A DNA stretch of 64,000 bases, taken from Phoronis australis. Lineage: Eukaryota; Animalia; Phoronida. Within the stretch, counting starts at the first letter, position 1. The number at the start of each line of letters is the position of its first letter. Position numbers and translations under genes: made by a program. This document shows, one piece after another, positions 23,262 through 35,700 of the stretch. The notes below the pieces were generated by a model that did no database searches, had not been told where the DNA came from, and saw nothing but the letters and a program-made list of their open reading frames with translations. Location: assembly GCA_002633005.1 (NCBI GenBank), contig NMRA01000139.1, positions 756,816-820,815 of the forward strand. Reading direction: 5' to 3'.

Positions 23262-25197
23262 ATGTGAGGTTCTTAAACATCGGTTAAGTTATCGAATAAA
23301 AATATGCATCCAAATATGTGGAACAGTTTATTGTGTAATCAGTTCATTTTAGTGTTCCGCTCTACTATTGCTCTCTGGAACAACTACGTTTGGTCGTGAA
23401 TAATATAAAATAGAATTAGTTTTGACCAAAATATTATGAATTGAACTACGAGACCATGTAATTTTAGTAAAACCTAGCAAGAATGAAACGTACTTCTATA
23501 GGGAATCAATATCAATAACACGACAGAAATCAGCATGACATGTTGATGATGAAATCTCAAAACGTTGTTTAGTTATCTAAAATATCATTTCGTTTTCGTT
23601 AAAGATGTCGTGGTGGCCTGTTCAATTATCTCTGTTGCTGAGATGAATTTTTGTTGTCTGTACAAGAGCCGTGGATGCAGTGAGTCGTACCACCTTCAAG
23701 AAACTCATTGCACATGTATGAAAGCCTGGGGCACTAAGTCATTTTAGCTCAAATATATCTACAGGTGTATAGGTGCAAGCAGGAAATAGTTAAATTAGCA
23801 TGACGGGCCTACACCAAAAATCCTTGACTTTACGGACATACCTAGTCTCTAATAGCAACGTGTAAAAAGCCGCGGCCTTGTGTTATAGCCACAACGTGAA
23901 AACTGCCGTTTAAACACTTTGGTCGACCGTGCAATCTAGCGTGGGTTTGCAGTCGGTGTATCTCAGTCCTGGAAATCTGGTGGAGCTGTCGTCAAGTGCT
24001 ACATGTAACGGATCAATGAAACAGAAATGTACACAAATACCGCCATAACTGATTTGCAGTTAATGGCTGCAGATACCCATTCATTTACCAGAGAATCATT
24101 TGTAGGGGGCTTCCCAGAAAGGTCGTTCTATTATAGGATTTTGTTCCGCGGAACCACTTTTTTGTTCAATCTCCTAACCCAATAGCTGGCCAAGGACTCT
24201 TGGAGTTGGATTTGAAGCTCTGAGAGGTGGTCCCTGTTTCGTAAAATTCAACCTGCATATTTACGTGCGACAAAATGAAGGAGTGTGGTATGCTTGATGT
24301 CATAGTGTTCTCCGGCTCAATTCTCCAGTGTGACCTGCAATGATCTGCTCGCCAGAGAAGTGATTGATACCACCACTTTTGCATGTACCATGTTTTAACA
24401 AGTGACTACATTGTGAGCCTCGTTAAACCTTGATTTATAACATACACATCACAATTATGAATCCAGTAACCCAAAAATGAGAAAATAGAAGAAAAACGAA
24501 TTCAGCTGAAGGTTTCTTAGCTCCACAGACGCGAGTGTCATGTACGAACATACCCAGCGCCAGAGTGTAATGTCAGCCAACACGCACCTTGAGCACCGAA
24601 GGAACCAAAAGCCTATTTACATCAGTTATCAATAATGAGATTTATGGTACTTTGACATAAATCCTATTATTTGGGCAAATACCATTAAAGAGCCCTTCAT
24701 GCTTCATATCCAACTCCTAGTTACTTTTTACCAAGTCCGATGGTTGCGCTGTTTGTTCTTTCTCCCCAGCGTCCTGTTGACCCAGCCTCAAGCAACAGTA
24801 CATTCACTCGTAAGTTTTCCTAATTAGACGAGTTTATACCTCTCCCGCTCTCCCTACCCGGGGTACCACAAAATTTCACGCCAACCGCTTTCTACCTTTC
24901 CCACGCTCCATCCCTTTTGCCGAACAAAATCTGCTGTTGGTGATTGTTGTTTTTACAGTCACTGCTGGTACCTTCTTCAAGCCTGGAGCGTGTTACCGTC
25001 AGGCAAGAACCGACGTCATTGGCTAGCGACCAGACCTGTACTTGAGCATCCATTACTGCAGCTTGCTTCTCTCCACCCCGGTCACAGCTCTCGGCACATA
25101 CTGAGCCACAACACCACGTTCTTTACAATATCTCTTTTTATCACTCCGGCTGGTCTGCTCACTCAGCTTGTCCGGAACCTGCTTTGCAGGTTGTTAT

Positions 25198-25413
25198 AGC
25201 CCAGTTGGCTGTTTGGTGTACCCACTTGGTACTTTATATGATATTTGCCCATTTGGCAGTTTGTACCCACTTGGTACTTGTTATTGAATTTGCCGCTTTG
25301 CTCGACCCAGTTGGTAGGCAATCGGCCAATACCCATTTGGTATTATGTACCCATTTGGTACTATGCTAACCTGTGCCACTTAGTATCCGATACTCAATTA
25401 CACTTTGGGTATC
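25198..25413. repeat. Cluster of about 8 TACCCA(C/T/G)TTGG(TA) motifs, probably transposon subterminal repeats
   Basis: The motif recurs at irregular 20-45 bp spacing. Confidence 0.6.
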
Positions 25414-26636
25414 GGAAATGTGTGTGTTTTATCTCTTGTAATTAAAGAACCCATCTGGTTCCTTCTGTGAAATATTTATTTGTAGAGCTGTGACCCTGAA
25501 ATTCCCAATACAACTTAAAATATTTATTATTCTTGTTGATTTATTTGGCCCCAATAAAATTGGTTTCCCCCAATCTTCTATTTATATGTGGAATTAATCG
25601 TATTTGTTTTGACATAAGTCAAGCAATGGGAATCGTCGATATATTCTCCACCATTATCACGAAAACATGGCGCGTCTTAGGGACCAACTGTTTTCCCGCA
25701 AAATTTCAAGCGAGATGCGAATAGAATGAGAAATAATCGGATACTGAGAGACGAATTAGTCGGATGTGGACCAGGCCGAAATGTCTTCATCTAACTGCTT
25801 CGTCTATTAGTTAATGATAATTATTCCAGTGCCTCGAGATACCGATGACAAACATAAACTCCCGAGTTGTGAATGGTTATGTTTTAAAATTTATTCGGTG
25901 GTGAAAGTGTAACATCGAAAATGTTAACGGGTACTGAATTGGCAGGAAATATTTTGAGCTCTATCAATGACGATTCTTATTGAATGGGTTAGGTCTGACA
26001 TAAAAATGATATATGTAAATTAAGTAGAATAAAGGCTGATATTACTGTTATTTTTGTCTGATAGAAATAGTACAAAGGTTCACATCAATGGACTGTATAC
26101 ATTATTACTTGAGAATTTGTAGGACAAAAATATTTATGTCCAACATAACTGATTTGTATGTAAATGTACATGTAAGGAATAATTTGATTGGTGTCCGATA
26201 TAAATTACGTCACACTGGGGCAGCAGTCAACGTGCCAGTCCTCCACCCTGGATAGTTTTTGTACGGTTATGTGATATGGTAATTGCACGGTATCGAGATG
26301 TTGAAAATTTGGATTACAACATAAAATGTGGTAAAAATATGTTAGACTACACAGGTTTTGGATACAAGTAGAAGGATGTTAAGCATTTTTACTCGGTTCG
26401 GCTCAGAGAAAATATGTACTCGACACAGCAATCTCTTCTAAAGCCATTTAGTCACATAAAATAACACGTGAAGTTCGTATGCTTATTTTTGGTCTTGTTA
26501 TTGAAAGTGTTGCGTGCTTAGAACTTCATTGTTTTTGCACGTCAGAATATCGTGCATTCGTGCAGATAATATGATATCGTAAGCAATTTTATTGTAAATA
26601 TATACACATAAACAAATGCATAGATGATTATTGAAT

Positions 26637-26718
26637 ATGGCTGTTCAACGCCATTTTGGTATGGTTTTGTTTTTTAATGTTTTGAAGATGACTTACAACG
26701 AGCAATTGACACCGTACA
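26637..26718 (+). CDS. Gene B exon 1, putative signal peptide
   Basis: MAVQRHFGMVLFFNVLKMTYNEQLTPY + A|gtaagt. Clearly homologous to 50637-50718. Confidence 0.8.
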
Positions 26719-29700
26719 GTAAGTATACTGTTGAATATACGTGTGAGCTTTTTAAAAACTTTATATAAACGTATCTTATGACGTAGTTTTTTGACATTTT
26801 CAAATAAACCATTCAAACATGTAATATGTTCCTATGGTTGCCTAACAGTTTCCTAGTTGTAGTTAAAAGAAAATAAAATAAAATAAAACCAAAGGCGAGT
26901 TTGTTTTCTCCCCAGAATCGTTCCACAGGTAAACTTGATGATGATCTATCGTTTATTTTAGAGTGTGGGTTACTACTAGTCACAGGCCCTCTTATTTCCC
27001 AATGCCCATTATGAAACATGTAGGTTTGACACTTAACCTTTGACGAGTCGAGGCTCCCAAGTTCAACTGTCCCAAATCCAAATAAAATCTGCGTGCATCT
27101 CCCTCAGACTGGTATTGCATAAACCTTCAAAGCCTTAACTTTCCTTGATCTTATTAAATTATACCTGTGAGTGATGAATTGGCGACGAAATTTTCAAAAC
27201 AAACTCATATCTCTGAATTCAAGGACCTAAAATAGTTATCATGGCGGATTTCAGTTGTGCTTTAACTTGTGCGCCTGTCGAAGATTAAATTTTGAGTTTG
27301 TGCAGTCAAGAAATTCATCCCCAATTTCAAGGATTGAGATCATTAAAATTAACCTTCCACTTAAGTGTTATTTGTTTCTTCTTATTGCTCATTTTAACCC
27401 CTGACCTAGAATTTAATTGCAAGAACCGGCGTATCTTGTGATTGCTCTTGACATTTTGTGCTACTCTTTGTTGAAGCACAACGGTTTTTGGGCTGACATT
27501 TCCTGTGACTGACCACACGTTTAGCCGCGGTAAATCACCATCGGATTTAGAAGTAGGCCAGCGTTAGAAGTCAGAAACCTTTGGTACCACGGTTATAAAC
27601 AATGTTGTTTGGCATACTCAGAATTTAATTACTTTCAAACTTATAATACAAGTATATTAAGGGGAGGACACTCAAATATCATTCTTGGGCGCACGGAAAC
27701 AGCTCCGGAATTGCGTCGGGAACTTCTGCCAAAAATCCGGATGCTCGAAGGTCGTTAGCCAGCTGTAGATCAAATGAAAAAAGTTATTCAAATATTTGTT
27801 CGTTGCTGGTTTCGCGGAGTTCCATGCACATTTGAGTAGAAAATTCTGAGCAAATTGATTTCGAGTGTCCAACCTTAATGTTTTCTAGCAGTGACTGACG
27901 GCAGTCGTGATCAAGGAACAGATAAACTCAAGCGCCTGTGCTACTAGTGGGTAAACGTAGTTTGGAAATTGAAAGTATAGAAGTTAGTGCCATACAAATT
28001 AAATAATGTATTTTCCAACGCATATTGGACACGTCGTCCTCCAGAACGAGTTAATTATGGTGCATGATTACACCACCTTGTCAAATTAAGCTGTGAATGG
28101 AAATGGCTTTCTTCCTCTTCTTGTATTTAAACAGGCAAGTCTGCTATTTGCACAATTTGCATCTTTGGAAAGTGTTTACTGTAGTTCTTGGCAGTTCTTA
28201 CCCTACATTTTCTACAATAGAATACTTGAGTGGAGAAGTTCTTAATGGCTTGATTAGCTAGCAGCTCTATCCGCCGTATTAATTGTGCAAATAAATGTTC
28301 TCACGCAACCAAAATTTCGACCTGTGCAAGGTAATGTAAAACGTTTATTTGTAAAGTTTGACCATAGAATATAGCACATGGACAGCCAAATCCGTTTGTT
28401 TTTAATGGACGGAATGTGTGCTATTACAAATAAACCGTGACGTCAGTACTGACTAGCGACAACTGGCAGACATTGCACACTTCATTTTCTGCTAATCATT
28501 GTCATTTCCTCGGGATTTGGATCGGTGAATTCGCCCAACTCAAATTCGTGCTTACATTGAACCCTCGTAAAACGTTAACTTCTTAAGTAAAGCTTATATT
28601 ACTACTCCAGAAATAACCACCACTAGGCCTACTCAAAAATCAATCTCGCTCTTCACCAGCAGTTTATATATTTCACAGTAATTTTCATTTTAAACTCTAA
28701 TGCATGCCGGTGCCACTCAAAATTTCTGGACTCTACTGTTAGAAGACCTTGAACAGCGTTTCAATGCTCAATTTTTTTTTTTCGTTTTACTAAACAGTAA
28801 AATAGATGGAAGAATATCCCGCCAAAATACACTAACCGGAAGCTGGGCGCGCTATGTTTATAGGGTGGTGCCACCTATAGGATATTTCACAAGAAAATGT
28901 CGGAGTTGCAAAATCTGTTTTCTATAATGTATGGTATGATCGTTTGAAACAAGTATAACATTAAACGCTACGGTGTCGAAGTACGGACTCCCAATTCCTT
29001 CGAATCGTTGGTTTACCGACCAACAGATTTGGATCTAATGACGACATGATATAATAAGTTAATGCCTTAGTTCTGGAGTTAACCGATAGGTGAGAAGGTA
29101 AATGACGGAGTTGCAAGCAAATAGTAGAATGTTGAACATCCGAGTGAATAGGTTATTTTGAAGGGATTGATTTCAGTGCAGTTTTATATTCGCCGCATTG
29201 TTCCTGCTGATACATGTAATCTTGGTTCCCATGTGAGCATCTTAAAATGTGATGTGCAATTCGAGTGTGCTGGCATTAAGTCCTAGGTTCCAAATGGAAG
29301 GTTTTTCTAACCCTTTGGTTTACCGACTTTCAAGTACGAAATGTCGTGCACTCAGCTCAAAACAGAGCTGAAGATCCATCCAAAACTGGTGTAGTAAATT
29401 TTGTGAAATGAACACTAATCATTTAAATGATTATAATAATAATTTTAGACTCGACGACAAGCATTTGGCATTAGATTTGTCACCTACGAGACTCAGGCTC
29501 AACCGGACAAGTTCCAGCCCCGTGCCTGAATTAACCCCACCACAGTCCAGCCTCATTTGCCACGTGGTATCGGGGGTAGGGCGTGGGAGATATGTAAATT
29601 GAAATCGCAGTGTCACACGTTTGAGTCCCTGCGTCATACTTAGTGCTGATGCCTCACTGGAGATCTTTCATTTCTAACTGCCGCATGCCACTTCCGAAGC

Positions 29701-32700
29701 ATTTCGTGGTCTCGATAAAGCCAAAAAGGTCCCTCTGTTTCCTCTCATCTTCGTGATCGGTAAAACCAGGGACATTACACCAAACCACAGCAATATACAG
29801 TGACGTACACCCAGCGTAAGATCCGATGAGATCATCGCTTACTGTAGCCTTCCTTCTAACCGATTAATGAAACATCTCTCGGCTCAGTGAGCGCGAACGA
29901 ACACGGGGTAATGAGGATACTGATCGATTAAAACGGTGAAACCTAAGAGGTGTGACATTATCCCTCAAGACTTCTTATTTTTCTCTGTTGCAAAAGCGAG
30001 AGTCAGTGGAGCAATAGAGAGTCGGAAAATGGGAGTCCGTTGTCCCCAATATTTTCAAAGCCATAGCCGGAAATGTTGGTTATAAGTTTTAGAGCTCGGC
30101 GACTCACACTATAATCCGGATGATAGGACTGCGAGATTTATACACATTTCGTACTCGCCGTACGGTTGATATTTTTTGCCAGTGTGCATGCATTGTACAA
30201 GCAGTTGCTATAACCAAAATGTATTTATCTTCGTTGCAGAAACCAAGGCAATATCTCACCCGCTCATTCCTAAGCGACAACAATTTTTGTACTTAAATGG
30301 CGCTCTTTACTTAGTTGCGGTATTGTTCCCGAGGCTGACATGTCAGAGTTACGTATTCAAACATTGAATTGGAAGCAAAAACGAGCTGCAATTCACTGTA
30401 GCATGAAGCAGTCAATCTACCATCTTATGGACTGAAAAGAATGTGTAATGTTTTATTTTATTCTTTCTTATGACGACCAATCAAGCAAACCTCGCCTACA
30501 GTCGAATGACTTCGCAAACGGGTCAGAGATTAGAAGCCACTGTGAACGACTGGGGGTCCTCCATGAAAGCTGTCGATGGGAATCCGAACCCAAACTTCGG
30601 AGGAGGGAGTTGTACGCATACTGACAGCGTAATGAACCCGTGGTGGAGGGTATGGGTGGGAGGAAATGGTCGCAAACAGAACTTGCCAATTCATTACGTG
30701 ATGATTACAAATAGAATCCTGGCTTGTAAGTAAAGTGTAATAATATTAAACCAATCTATCTAAATTTGTGCGCGGATACATGAGTATAATCGTAGAGTAA
30801 ATGTACACATTTTATGGTCCTAAGGTATCAAAACGATGAGGCATCTTTTCAAAATGTATTCAATTTAGTACGTGTAAATATATTTATTTTAAGGTCGAGA
30901 ATGTGAAAAAAATGCTTGTATATCTAATCACGTTACTCATGTCAATATATTAGTTTTGTCAATTGTAAAACATAAAGTAAATACTATCATGTATTTTTAA
31001 AGATGAAACAAAACGCTGAAACTTAAAGTAAACAAAGAACAACACTGATGTGTTCAATTTACACTGGGGACCTCATACAAAGCCCAAACATTACAATATG
31101 CATTGAATGTCATCCGTACTGTAGATTACCCGAATAATAAAGCTTACATGTACCTGCGTTACATTGGTATTTCGACAGTTGTTTTCGCATACACAGGAAA
31201 TAATGGATCTCCCTTTTTAAGTTGGCCGCTTAAACAATTTCGCCGTGTACGTGGTCCAAGCTGGAATACCTGATCGGCATTTATGCTACCACTTCCAAGG
31301 CAAATTTCCACCAGATACCAGACTTCTGAAATGCAAAGATGACACCCCTGAGGGCTCATTGGTGGAGATAAAACTTCTGTCTGACAAGAAAGAGATACTC
31401 ACTCTTTGCGAAGTGGCGGTGTTTGATGCTTATCCGGGTAAGCTGATGCGCCGACAATGAAAACAGATTCTTGGTAATCGAAAGTACAACTTTGTTGTGC
31501 TACAATGGAAGCCCAATATTTTTTCTAGTATGCATATCGTGCGTCTGTAAAAATCTGGGGCAAGGCGGTCGTGGCTGCGCCTGCCCGCACAACGTCTGAC
31601 GTCACGCGCAGTAGAGGTGCGTTCACTGATTGTGTCGTTTCGTCTTGCGTTTTCCTTAAACATGGACGGCGCTGCACTGAAATAAGTGGGATAGTCGCCC
31701 ACGTTTAAGTCGAACTTCCACGATAGTTCGCAGTCTAAGGAAGTTTAAATAAACTCTTGACTCTGACCCGAAGAAGATACCGTCATTCTGCGGAACCGGA
31801 GGTTCATTCAGGAACCCAAGCTCCTGTTCAATAACCCTAAGATCTTTGAGATGTTGTCATTTATTTTAATGAGAACAAGTGACTTTAACTAAATTGTGCA
31901 AGGTTGACATACTGACAAGAAGCATTCCTGAAAATGTCTACAACTGTCAATTTTCTTGAAAAGTTCTGAATCTCGATGTCAGTATTTTGCCACTCACTGA
32001 AGAATCAGTTATGAATTACAAAAAGCATTGCATTTCACTAAAAACCCAGGTAAAAACACAAGCACGCGCACACGCACACGCACAGCAGGTCATGCATGTA
32101 ACTTGCAAAACTGGAAGCGAAGCAGGTGTCAGTACCATCGGTAAAATATACGATTCATTTTGATTCGGCTCCACCTTTCGCAGACAGCATGCATTCTGAA
32201 GTTTATTTGACAGTACCCCTCGTTCAATGATTTAGACATATTATGAAGACAACAACTCATATTTTATCCAGTCTTACTTATCGTTCATTTGGCCGCAGCT
32301 GTGTAAATGCGATTTCAATTCGTTTTAGAAATCTTCTCGTTCAGTTCGCATTTCTTCGAGCGTAAATAAGCTACCACACTGCTAGTAAACGGGTGCACCA
32401 AATCAACTTCAAAGCCTTGCTTTGTGATTTCTATCGGATACATCGTATATCCTCCAGCCCTCGTGTGGTCCACCGCCAATGGGGGCGGCACAGCACTGAA
32501 ATAAATGGGGGCTATAGCCCCCACCCACAGTCGCCTATGATGCACCGTTCATGTTTGAATAGAATCTGGCTATTTCACCTTTGCAAAGCTGGTCATTCTG
32601 CCAAAACGCACGCTTTTATCACTGTCTAACTGCCGTTGAGCATATTTAGGTGGGTTGACAATGGTTATAAAAAATACATCTAAACTAAAAAAACATTTCG

Positions 32701-35700
32701 GGTATTTAGTTAAAGCCAGGTTTGGTTTATTTTCAATGACATTTTGGATTTGTAATATCCAGGTTTTCTTCAACAGGTTGGTACACACCGGGTACCCAGG
32801 TGGTGGAGAGCAAAGTCGACGTCACGTACAGCGGAACATTGTGCCAGCCTCGCGGACCAGATACCAAATACTGCATCATGGTCGTTAAGGGGCAGCCTTT
32901 AGACGTACCTCACTGTGCGACTTACACCAAATTGGAGAGGTGCACCATACCTCCTAAAATTGGTATTTGCTTTTCAAATGACAACATAATTAAAACGATG
33001 TCACCGATGTCGTACAGTTAACAACTCCCCCGTTGGCAGCACGGTTTCACGCAGTAATCATCATCCAGTGGCCGGAAATAGACAGCTTTATTTGTCTCCG
33101 ATTACACAATATCATGGTTTAGTCAATGAAAAACACAAGTTTTGTCATTAAGAATCATTTTGGGACCCATAAATCTACTTAGCAGGGTTTAACTGCACCT
33201 TGAAATCCAAGCACAACCCACGCAACAGCGTAAACCTGTAACTTCTATTGACTCACACGTTTGTGTTCGTGTTTAATGTGTGGCAAATCCTCTCTATTGT
33301 GTGAAAAATACCTGCCCATATTTCACTTAATTACAAAATGGGGCAAAGCTAATGACAAAAGGCAAGCATGTTTTAATTTTTAGGATTGGTTTGCATTTCA
33401 GCGGTAAACAGTTGATGTTGTACAAACAAAATATGTGAATCCATACCTAAGGATAAGAAGCTTTGGTTTCGAGACTACACAGTGGTAAAGGCATTGGCGC
33501 TTTCCTATCCCCTCTCCACATAGTCGTTAGTAAAACGTCCTTTACTCGGGTGGAGAAGAGGTTTGGGGCAAAATTAAGCTTAAAAAAACAACCTATCCAT
33601 TCACTCAAAAATACAGACATAAAAGTTATAGACAAGTTACATAAAGCAACAACGGCAAAATTCGCATCTGACCGTAAGTTACAATTACTGGTTAAGAGGT
33701 CTCGTATGTTATACCTTCACTATCAAAGAGCCCAGTGAAAATCTCCGCAACATTGTACACTTGCAAGGGTTTTTAAAGGCTGTTGCTGCAAATTGTTTGG
33801 CACACAATATTTTGTAAAAAAGTGTTGCCCCAATTCCACCATGAAAAATTATGTAAAGTTTGTTTGTCGAAACGGACATGCTGACAGGCTCTTTCTCAAA
33901 TGCTTAAACTGCCTAAAGACACAGTTCACATTCCAAAAGCATTATGGGTGGTCTTGCCAAATCATCGACATTGAAAGCACTGACGTGTATGCAGGGATTA
34001 TACATGTACCAATATTCACAGGTTTACACTGTGTACTAGGGGTGACCGATCAAGGCAGAAATACCTCCTAATTCATGGGGAGTCCATTTTTGTCAGTGGC
34101 AAGGAGTTTGTTACCTTAAACTAGTAAGGGCGATCTTAGATGAGGGCTGGTCACCAGCGTATACATGTACAATCATGTCATATGGACTACAATACAGCAA
34201 TACTGATCACCGATGACCTGAAAGGGATCGCTATATGAGCGTGTTTTGTTGTACATGTATGATCAACAATGCGTTTTCGTCACTTTTGTCCTTGATTACA
34301 TTATCTTTTTCTTACCCGAGTCGATGAAATAATGTCGTCTGTTCGATTCGATGTAAGGTCTAGTGATTGTTACAGCAACTGATGGGTCAACTAGAGGTTA
34401 GCAATATCTGACTCCGACTGGCATGGATGGAAAATAGCGCTGTAGGTCTATAATACCTTGAATACATATCAAAAGTTGCAGTTTCAGGTTTTAGCCAACC
34501 ATAGGAAAATAGTAATAGTTTTTATATGATAACTTACTTCGTTCATGGACTTAACAAGAAATGGCCTATTTCGGTTGCGCTCTGACACGATAACGTGGTC
34601 ATGATACTATCACAAGTCTATTCCATTTGCAATAGAAGTGAATTACATACCGAGAAAAAGGTCTCGAGTTGCGCTTTAACTTAACAACGTTTATAATTCT
34701 TGCGGCAACAATATTCGAGCCTCTGCACTCAAAAATTCCAACAGTTCCGTTATAGGGACAATTTGTGAAGATTCACCAAAGGTTTGTCGTTGCATGTTTA
34801 ATATTATAATATGTCTCTTAATTCACAGTACCAAAGTAACGCCTGGCATATGCAAAAAGCTAAACTAGCTCACCTTATAGATAATGTGGCTTTCCACCAA
34901 GTTAATTTTTTCGTACCTTTGATTTACATGTATCCCAGAACAGTCTCAGGGCATTCTTTTCTAATAATGTATTACTGTTGAAGTTTGTTTTAGGTCAGCC
35001 TCTTTTAGAATGCAGTTCGCCTTGATTAAATGCGAGTATCGGCATGTTGCAGGTCAACCACGGGAATTGAAAATGGTTTGCCGCTCAGGTTTATTTATCC
35101 AAGGGAGTAATACTTTGCCTTTGTGTTGGATCGTTTTAGATGACTTTGAATACACTCTTGCTTGGAACGAGTGGAGCCCTTGCTCGACAACGTGTGGTGA
35201 AGGCGTTCGACAAAGAGAAGAAATGTGCCACGAGCCACAGTTTCAGGGCCATCCATGCCCAATAGATTACCACCCAGAAAAGGAAACTTCACCGTGTTCA
35301 TCCTCGCCTTGTCCCGTTAGTGAGTAGGTCAGGGCACAGAAAAGCTAGCGGGGACAAAAACAAAACGTTGTTGTGGTATTTACCTCGACTCCGTTTGAGA
35401 ATTTCTATGTTCGGAGTCTTGTTACTTTACTGCAGTATTTCTTTCCGATAAGCGAGAGGGAAGCATTTCCATACGCTGTATCGACTTTGTACTCTTTCAA
35501 GTGTTTTGAAAACTAGAGGTGGTCGACATCCAACTCGTTTCGGTTTGACTTATATAAGGAAGCTATAAAACTAGGCTTCAATCACTAAAATGATTAAGAC
35601 GCTATGAACGTAGTATTTCAAAGTGGACGTGGAAGTGATTTCAGGGCGTATAAAGCTCTGCCGCTTCGATATTACTTGAGAACTGTCTTTAAAAAGTCTG

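Noticed and set aside
24100-24400. Coding-looking minus-strand stretch with two stops, possibly a decayed retroelement
   Set aside because: No diagnostic motif that I can assign with confidence.
28262-28330. Hydrophobic open stretch (LAALSAVLIVQINVLTQPKFRPVQ) ending at G|gtaatg as candidate signal exon for gene B
   Set aside because: No in-frame ATG and no counterpart in gene C, whereas 26637-26718 has a clear paralog.
35320-35327. Stop codons just past the TSP1 exon donors in A and B, suggesting secreted isoforms
   Set aside because: Early stops are expected from donor consensus and AT-rich introns. The feature is not shared by C, and there is no transcript evidence.
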